NCBI GenBank assembly: GCA_951406725.2
Contig: OX597832.1
Location: 38,750,001-38,814,000, forward strand
Reading direction: 5' to 3'
Length of the DNA stretch: 64,000 nucleotides
From: Octopus vulgaris
Lineage: Eukaryota
Part shown: positions 56,830 through 64,000 of the stretch, piece by piece
Layout: each line of letters opens with the position of its first letter
Numbering within the stretch: the stretch's first letter is position 1
Made by a program: the position numbers and the translations under genes
Notes under the pieces: model-generated
Databases searched by the model: none
What the model saw: only the letters and a program-made list of their open reading frames with translations
What the model was told of the DNA's origin: nothing

Positions 56830-57760
56830 GGGCCCTGGTAGAGGAGTTCCTGAGTTTTGAGTGTGGAATCATCCCTGGGCTATCATAGTTCCCAGATCTC
56901 CTCTGACGCAGATTAGTAAAAACTGTCGTGTCACCAAGCTGCCTCCAGTTTGCAAGGAGGATATCCCCCGGACTTTTCTGCTTTATTTGGCTGTCGTGTT
57001 ATAATGACAGCAAGGCACTGCTCGCCGTGTGGTTTCATGCAGTGTGTCTTTTGTGTGCAGTCTGACCTTAGCAGACCAAACGGGGGTTCCTATTGCAGTC
57101 TGGACTCTGGAAAGATAAAGTCATAAGTATATTCCCCAAATAGCAGCGTCTTGTGCATATTAGGTCTCTATGGTGCCAGTGTGTGGAACGGGGATGTCTC
57201 CAAGGTATTTTGTGCTGAGCTTATTTTGGAAGTAATTGTTTTACTTTAGAAGTAATTGTTGGTGAAACACAGTCCATCGAACGTGCAAAGCTCAATCAAT
57301 GATTGTCATTTATGCTACTGATTCCAAGCCATTTCAGTTAGATTGTCCAAGAGTTGTGGTCTGCACTCATTCCAGGGTTGAAATCACCAAGCTGTAATAG
57401 CGGTTCCTTATTTGGAATCTCTTGAATCGTCCTTCATGCTTGGTTATACAATTCATCCTTTGCATCACGTGAAGAGCAGAGAATAAGGATGTGAATACTG
57501 ACAAAGCTGATAGCATATAGGATGCAGTACTCCATTTTTAGCGGTGAGTTTTCCTCAGCAAAGCCAATGCCATACGTTCCACTCTTGCTTAAACCCTATC
57601 CCTGCCAGAAAGATATAGCTTCTCGTACGTAAAGTTCTTAATTCTGCAACACGTGTCTGTTATTGCAATGTCCATTTCAAATATTAGCAGTTTGTTGGTC
57701 ATCACTTCCCTCCTTCATGCGTCACTGTTCTTTAGAACGTTAGCTGATAGTCAAATGGTC
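56830..57760 (-). mobile_element. RTE LINE AP-endonuclease remnant
   Basis: Minus-strand GIGFA, LIELCTFDGLCFTNNYF and HKIPWRHPRSTHWH motifs. Confidence 0.8.
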
Positions 57761-58025
57761 AAGATGTCGAAAGCAGCCCTTGCGTCTGACTTTGCGTCAA
57801 TGTGAGCGCAGTCTTACGGCTGTTTTCTGTGTTGTATTATTGTTGTGAAGCGATGCTGAAGTATCCTCAACATGGCGTAGATTGGGCAGAGCTAATACGA
57901 GGATCAAGTAAGTGCCCATGCAGCAGGTGTTTCCTTTCCACGCTACTGATTTTGTCCAAAACAAGGGCAATGTCCAGGACAGTTTATTGCAGAAGTTACC
58001 AGAACAATGTTGCTTCAAAGATGCG

Positions 58026-58067
<42 letters not shown>

Positions 58068-59639
58068 CATATTATGTGATATTTGAAAAAGATGAAGAAA
58101 ACCATGTGTTAATAACAGCCTCAAAAATATCAAAACATATATGCTAATGTACAGGAACGGGCGAAGTGTGTGTGTGTGTGTGTGTAAGAGAACGTTCTTA
58201 AGAAATGGATTTATAAATGGTTTAACATGAAAAGTATAAAGAACTGCCAGAAGGTAAATAGTTCTAAATATTGACAAACTATATTAGCATGAACCTTAAT
58301 TCATTTAATATATGTTTTTTTTTTTGTGTGTGTGAATATATGCTTACGGTCAAGTTTTAATGACTTGCAAGCACTTCTAGGTTTCGTCACTAATCTAGTT
58401 CTCATCCAAATTGAAAGCAGACACTTTTTAGCAATGAAGGTCCATTTCTAATTTACATTTGAATATAGAATGATTAAGATTTGGTTCACGAGAAAGAAAA
58501 AGTTAGATCAAAATATGAGGTTATAATTGGGAGAGTAAGGTGAAAAATTGACTTTGAATCAAAGCATCCAAGTTATTACAAGAGAAAATTGTAGATTAAT
58601 TGAAAATAAAAGAATGTACTTATAGAGAAGAATCATTCGGTGAAGACTTCGTTAGAAAGTATTTGCTATGGAAAAAGTACTGTGGTACTTTAAGTAATGA
58701 AAGAAGCTTAACTAACCACCAAAATTGATTTTTAATCAAAATATATTGTAAAAGAAAACTATACAGTATTTGTCTTCAAGTGAAAGTGCGCTATGAGAAT
58801 AATTTTGTGGTGAAAACCTCCTCAAAAAATATTACCTACAAAAGAAACTGGCGAGGCTTCAAGTGACGAATAAATGTGATCATATTCACGAGTCAAAATA
58901 ATTTTGTCATTTTAAGATATTTAGCGTTATGTAAAACGCCACTTATTGACATGAATGGCACATAATGCTTTTCTGGTATTAGAGAGGCACGGCGGGTCAT
59001 TTCCTTTGAGCAGCGTGCTCGCCATTTTTTTCTCCGTTTCCTAAGGGGTATTTTACCCAATCTTCTAAGTTATTTTCAGAGCTATTCTGTGTTCGAGATT
59101 TTCTTTATTTTCTGCAAAATGCCAACTCACTCAGTGATACAATGTTAAGATCAGGTTTTTGTCACTCTCGGGTACGTTAAGGCTTCATAAATGATTCAGT
59201 TCTTACTCAAATTGAATGCAGATCGTTCATCATTGACCCACGGCATTGGGTGAATATATACAAACGTCAACTTGTAATCACCTATGAGCATTTCTGAGCT
59301 TCGTTATTAATCTAGTTCCCAGTCAAATTGAAAGCAGTTTTTTCAGCAATCATGGCCCATTCTTAAGTTACATTAGGATATAAATAATAGAAATTTGGTT
59401 CGTTAGGAAAAATGTTAGGTTAAAATAAATGAGGTCAAAAATGAGAGAAAGCGAAGAACTGACTTTGAATCAGAACAACACATTTATTTCAAAAGAAAAT
59501 TATAGATAAACTGGGTTTGAGAAGTATCTTTTGATGCAAACCTCGTTAAAGATATTAGCTACAAAAGAAGTAGTGGGGCTTGTGATGGGGGAAAAAGTTA
59601 TCATTTTGTCATTTTAAGATATTTAGCGTTATAAAGGCT

Positions 59640-60035
59640 TTTTTGAAGTTGATGAAATCGTGACAGAGGTCGGATTGATGTTACAGATGTTTCTCAGCAA
59701 GCGATCTAATGGTAAATATCTGCTCCACAGTATTCCTAAATCCTGTCTGTTCCTCTGCAAGGATTTCCTCAGTTTCCCTTTAAGTCTGTTTAGCAGAACT
59801 CTTTGCTGGGGAGGCTAATTAGGTTGATGGTTCTATAATTCTGGCAGAGTCTTAAATTACCTTTCTTTGGAATGGGTATCTTCTTTGACCACTGTTTCGT
59901 CTCCCATATCTTCTGACAGGTAACTGTTAGTACCTTGATAAGCTTTGACCCTCCCTATCTTAGGAGTGCTGATGGGAGATTTCCCATCTATGAGCATGCG
60001 CACCTGATCCTTCGACTCCTGATCCTCAAGTTCTC
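59640..60035 (-). mobile_element. Possible N-terminal fragment of an R4/Dong-type LINE ORF
   Basis: DQVRMLIDGK..ISTPKI resembles the LADQ.R.I...LS..E.E N-terminal motif; weak. Confidence 0.35.
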
Positions 60036-60049
60036 TGTTATTGTTGTTG

Positions 60050-60228
60050 GAAGAAGAAGAAGAAGAAGAAGAAGAAGAAGAAGAAGAAGAAGATGAAGAA
60101 GAAGAAGAAGAAGAAGAAGAAGAAGAAGAAGAAGAAGAAGAAGAAGAAGAAGAAGAAGAAGAAGAAGAAGAAGAAGAAGAAGAAGAAGAAGAAGAAGAAG
60201 AAGAAGAAGAAGAAGAAGAAGAAGAAGA
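60050..60228. repeat. (GAA)n microsatellite
   Basis: Directly visible. Confidence 0.98.
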
Positions 60229-61126
60229 ACTCAAAATATTGTTGCTGGAGTTAGATTTTAAAAACTAAAATAATGATAAATGCCCTTTTATATATTTTTT
60301 TTTACATAAAAGACTAAATTAAAATTACTTAAAAAGCTATTTATTTTCAATCTTGGCGAAAAGACTAATTGCTTGCAAATTTACATAATCAAAATTTAAA
60401 AATTACAAATTTAATGGTTTATATATTTTAAAAAATAACATAATTGCAATTTAATCAAAATTGATAATGTTTCATAATCCTAAATTTTTATTTTTTGCTT
60501 TTTTTTAAAGCTTAGGAGTCATTTCTCCATTTTGCACTCAATTTGTTCATTAGCTTTCATATTTGTTTTTTTTTTTTAGTATTCGGCTGACTGTAAACAG
60601 AAAGTACTTTGTTATCAGATAATGAAAACTTTACAGAAATTAATTTTTTTGTTTCTTAAAAAAAAAATTGTCTGAAAATATTTTTTACTCTTATTTTTGA
60701 ATTACCTATATTCTACATGAGTGTAATTTTAACACAGTATCTCTGATTTAAAACTATTGGATAATGAGTTTTGTTAAGAAAAGAAAATTAGAAAAAAAAA
60801 GTAATATAATACTAAAAACAAGACGGTAATATTTCAGGTGAAATGTTTAAGTCAAAAATATATAAAAATTTATAGCAAAAAAATATAAAAACTAAACTTG
60901 TACGCACTATTTCATTAACAATTTCAAAACTTAATTTAGCAAATTCTAAATTCAGCAACAAAATTTTAAGATTATTTTCTTCTTCTTCTTCTTGTCCTGA
61001 ACTTGTCCAAGCTTAATTACTGCTCTTCTTGTTCTTCTCCAGGTTCAATGCGTAAGAATATTCCAGCACTGTGGTGCCTGCATTTTTTTATCCAAGTATT
61101 ATGTATGCATAGGTAGTAGTAGTAGC

Positions 61127-61182
<56 letters not shown>

Positions 61183-61201
61183 TGGTGGTCGTGGTGTGGT
61201 G

Positions 61202-61284
<83 letters not shown>

Positions 61285-61545
61285 TGTTGTTGTTTCTGCT
61301 ACATGTCTCAGGTTGGTCTTGATCAAGCAAAGCTATAATAAAAGGATATTCTAGTCACCGCTATGCCATCTTTTTCTTTTTATTTTCCAGACATTGTTCA
61401 TCTCGGGGTATACTATTCAATGTACGCTTCAAGGTTCTTTTTGTGATCGATTTAGCTTACTATTTCCATCAAGTCGTGCAACTGTGTAATTTGCTAATTT
61501 GCTCCCACTGACGATGATGATGATGATGATGACGACGATGATGAA

Positions 61546-61581
<36 letters not shown>

Positions 61582-62399
61582 ACTGAGTATGAAGAAGACC
61601 ATAATGTTGGTTACAATAATGGTGATGATGATAGTGATGTTTGTTGGAGACGTAGTCGTTGATTATGTTTAAAGATACATTCATACATTTAAATCTTCTC
61701 TTGCGAAATAATCCATAATTAATGAAATAGTTTTCCCCCCTCTCCCCCCATCTCGGATTGAAGGCGTTCATGAAAGCCATTCTACCAATACCCAGATCAA
61801 TCAGACGCTTAAAAAGACGTTTTTAATTTAAATGGAATTTATGTCAAACATTTTATTGCGACTCTTTATCTCAACAAAGAATAAATTTAGAAGCTATTGA
61901 ATGAGTTGTGTTGTTTTATTCTTCAAAGTAGAAAGAACAGCTCTCCAGATAGCACCATACGGTGCCTCCAAGGCTTATGGACGGAAATAATGAGGATATT
62001 GTGAAACTAAAGACTTCTGCATGAATGCTTGCAGTAGATTAGACTGAGCTAAAACCACCATTGAATCATATAGTGGTGTTAAATCGAATGGAAGTTTACC
62101 ATAGAAACCTTAACCCTCCGCTCTAAGCTGTCCAACCAACTATCTTCCATTCTAACACTTTCCATCCATCATGGATTTGATCACCTGGAGTTTATTATAG
62201 AGGGGTCACTGGCACACGTTAACTGTGGGATTGAACCCAACACCACGTAGTTACAATACGAACTTCCCCATCATACAGCAGGCTCGTAGTCATACAATAT
62301 CACAAGGCCAGCAATTTTGTGGTTGGGGCGAAGTCGATTAAATCGAATCAGTACTCAACCGGTGCTTTATTCTATCGACCTCGAAAAGATAAAAGACAA

Positions 62400-62820
62400 A
62401 TCCGTCTCTCCAATACAGTTCTTATCGAGTATCCATAACATTCATTGGCAGAAGTGAAGGGAATTACATGGGACTCACAACGAACACTTTCGGGAATCGT
62501 TAGAAGCACTGTCTTCATCCACTTGAAAGAATATGAAAATCTCTACCTTTGTCTAACAACTGGCCTGAAATCCACCCCCAAAATTTTCTGAACGTCCCAT
62601 CGTAGACCCAAATTTATATCCACCGGTTTTAAAGAGATGAGTGGAATAATTATCTTTAATGATCATTGGCTTGAACTGGGTAATCTCCCTTTACACCATC
62701 ATACTCTAATCACCTGCAGTCTGCGATACAATAGCCTACAAGACCCATAATAATCAATGGGCATTGGTATATATCCTTCTCTGAAAACAACTTTATTCAC
62801 TGTACACTGTCAGACAATCC
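62400..62820 (-). mobile_element. Possible Penelope ORF remnant
   Basis: Minus-strand DKNCIGET resembles the YIGET half of GIY-YIG; adjoins the hammerhead array; heavily decayed. Confidence 0.35.
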
Positions 62821-63065
62821 TATGTTTCCATAAGAAATGAAAGCAGTATTCATACTGACAAATAGTGTTAAAAACCACCTAAACACGAATGTTCCCTAGA
62901 AACCGGTCAGGTGGTGTTAAACACTATTTGCCCAGTGTGAATATGGTTTTCATCTCTTATAGAAATTTTTGACCAGATAGTTTTCTCGTTGCAAGATCAG
63001 TGACTGCGTCACTTAGTTTTCTATATATCGTGAACTACAGTGAACTACTGCAATGTCTAGCGGAC

Positions 63066-63124
63066 GAGTATCCATCACCGAGGATGACTATATGAAGGTC
63101 GAAACCGTACAGTCTGATGGTCTC
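63066..63124 (+). ncRNA. Type I hammerhead ribozyme, array copy 1 (U4C)
   Basis: CCATCA-CCGAGGA-T-GAC-tatatgaag-GTC-GAAA-C-cgtaca-G-TC-TGATGG; distal gag/ctc pairing; GUC site at 63114. Confidence 0.82.
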
Positions 63125-63423
63125 AGAGCTAAGCGAGTAAGGAGTTCTCTCCCTGCTTGCACTATATATCGAGTGCAGAGTGCACTGCTTGTGCTGGTGG
63201 AGGGGGTGTCCTCTCGGGGTTAAAATGACAGTATCGTCGGTTCCTGTGGAACAGCCGTATTAAGGTGGCATTAAACAATATTTGTCAGTATGAATACTGC
63301 TTTCATCTCTTACAGAGATTTTCTTGAATGGCTAGTTTGCTTGATGCAAGATAAGTGACTGTGTGTCACTTATTTCTTTAAGTATTGCGAGTTAGAGTGA
63401 ACTACTGCTATGTCTAGTGTACA

Positions 63424-63478
63424 AGTATCCATCACCGAGGAAGACAATAAGATCGAAACCACACGGTCTGATGGTCTC
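63424..63478 (+). ncRNA. Type I hammerhead ribozyme, array copy 2 (U4C)
   Basis: CCATCA-CCGAGGA-A-GA-caataaga-TC-GAAA-CC-acac-GG-TC-TGATGG; GUC site at 63468. Confidence 0.78.
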
Positions 63479-64000
63479 GGGGCTACTATAGTAGGGAGTT
63501 CTCTCTCCATTTGCAATGTATATTGAGTGCAGAGTGTACTGCATAACCAGTAAGAGAAGGTGTCCTCCTGGGGTTAAAATGGCAGTATCGTCGGTTTCTA
63601 GTAAACAACTGTGTTCATGTGGCGTTAAACACTATTGATATCATGTTTATTTTAAAAGTGTGGAACTCTGAGAAGCAAGGAATGAATCACCAACTACTAC
63701 ATTTCCCAATTAATATAAAATTTACACCAAATACTGACTGATCTTTAACTTTATTTGTAAAGCGCGCACACACACACACAAACACACACATTATTTTTCG
63801 CTATCATAAATGCCTCAAATATAATGCCTTCCTATCAAATTTTTGTTTTTACTTGATTTTTACTGCTTCAAACAAATTTATTTTTTATCTTTCAGCTTTA
63901 AATATTTAATTTCACGCAATATTACGTTTCCTAATTGTACTTTCTCACATTAGTAGTAAAAGTGGTTCCTTTACTAATTTGAAATAAGATTCAGTTTTAA

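Larger units (their letters stand above)
62909..63638 (+). mobile_element. Tandem ~355-bp repeat (two units plus start of a third), one hammerhead per unit; retrozyme or Penelope pseudo-LTR
   Basis: gtgg..ttaaaca.tatt recurs near 62911, 63266 and 63619; agtgaactactgc, gagtgcagagtg and gggttaaaatg.cagtatcgtcggtt each occur twice. Confidence 0.9.

Noticed and set aside
62909-63638. CRISPR or prokaryotic-system reading of the spaced repeats
   Set aside because: Whole ~355-bp units repeat without unique spacers, there are no cas-like ORFs, and the context is eukaryotic.

Overview
AT-rich, microsatellite-dense animal genomic DNA with no confidently identifiable host gene. The SINE families and repeat content resemble octopus/cephalopod DNA; that assignment is from recall, not a database search. 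Almost all long ORFs in the track are simple-repeat artefacts. Recognisable content is tRNA-derived SINEs with swapped heads and tails, decayed LINEs (RTE, CR1-like, restriction-like-endonuclease R4/Dong type), Penelope-like (GIY-YIG) remnants, one mariner, and probable Helitron/Helentron ends. The main observation is a set of type I hammerhead ribozyme (HHR) motifs with short, often palindromic stem III: six fold well (6.5, 27.7, 36.1, 56.7, 63.1 and 63.4 kb) and two are weaker (15.0 and 42.7 kb). Several have non-canonical cores: one shows a compensatory G3:C8 swap, and U4C recurs in four. They occur as tiny solo units in (TA)n tracts, inside inverted-repeat cassettes, and as a tandem array with 354 nt between predicted cleavage sites, resembling a non-LTR retrozyme or Penelope pseudo-LTR. 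All folds were done by eye and activity is untested.
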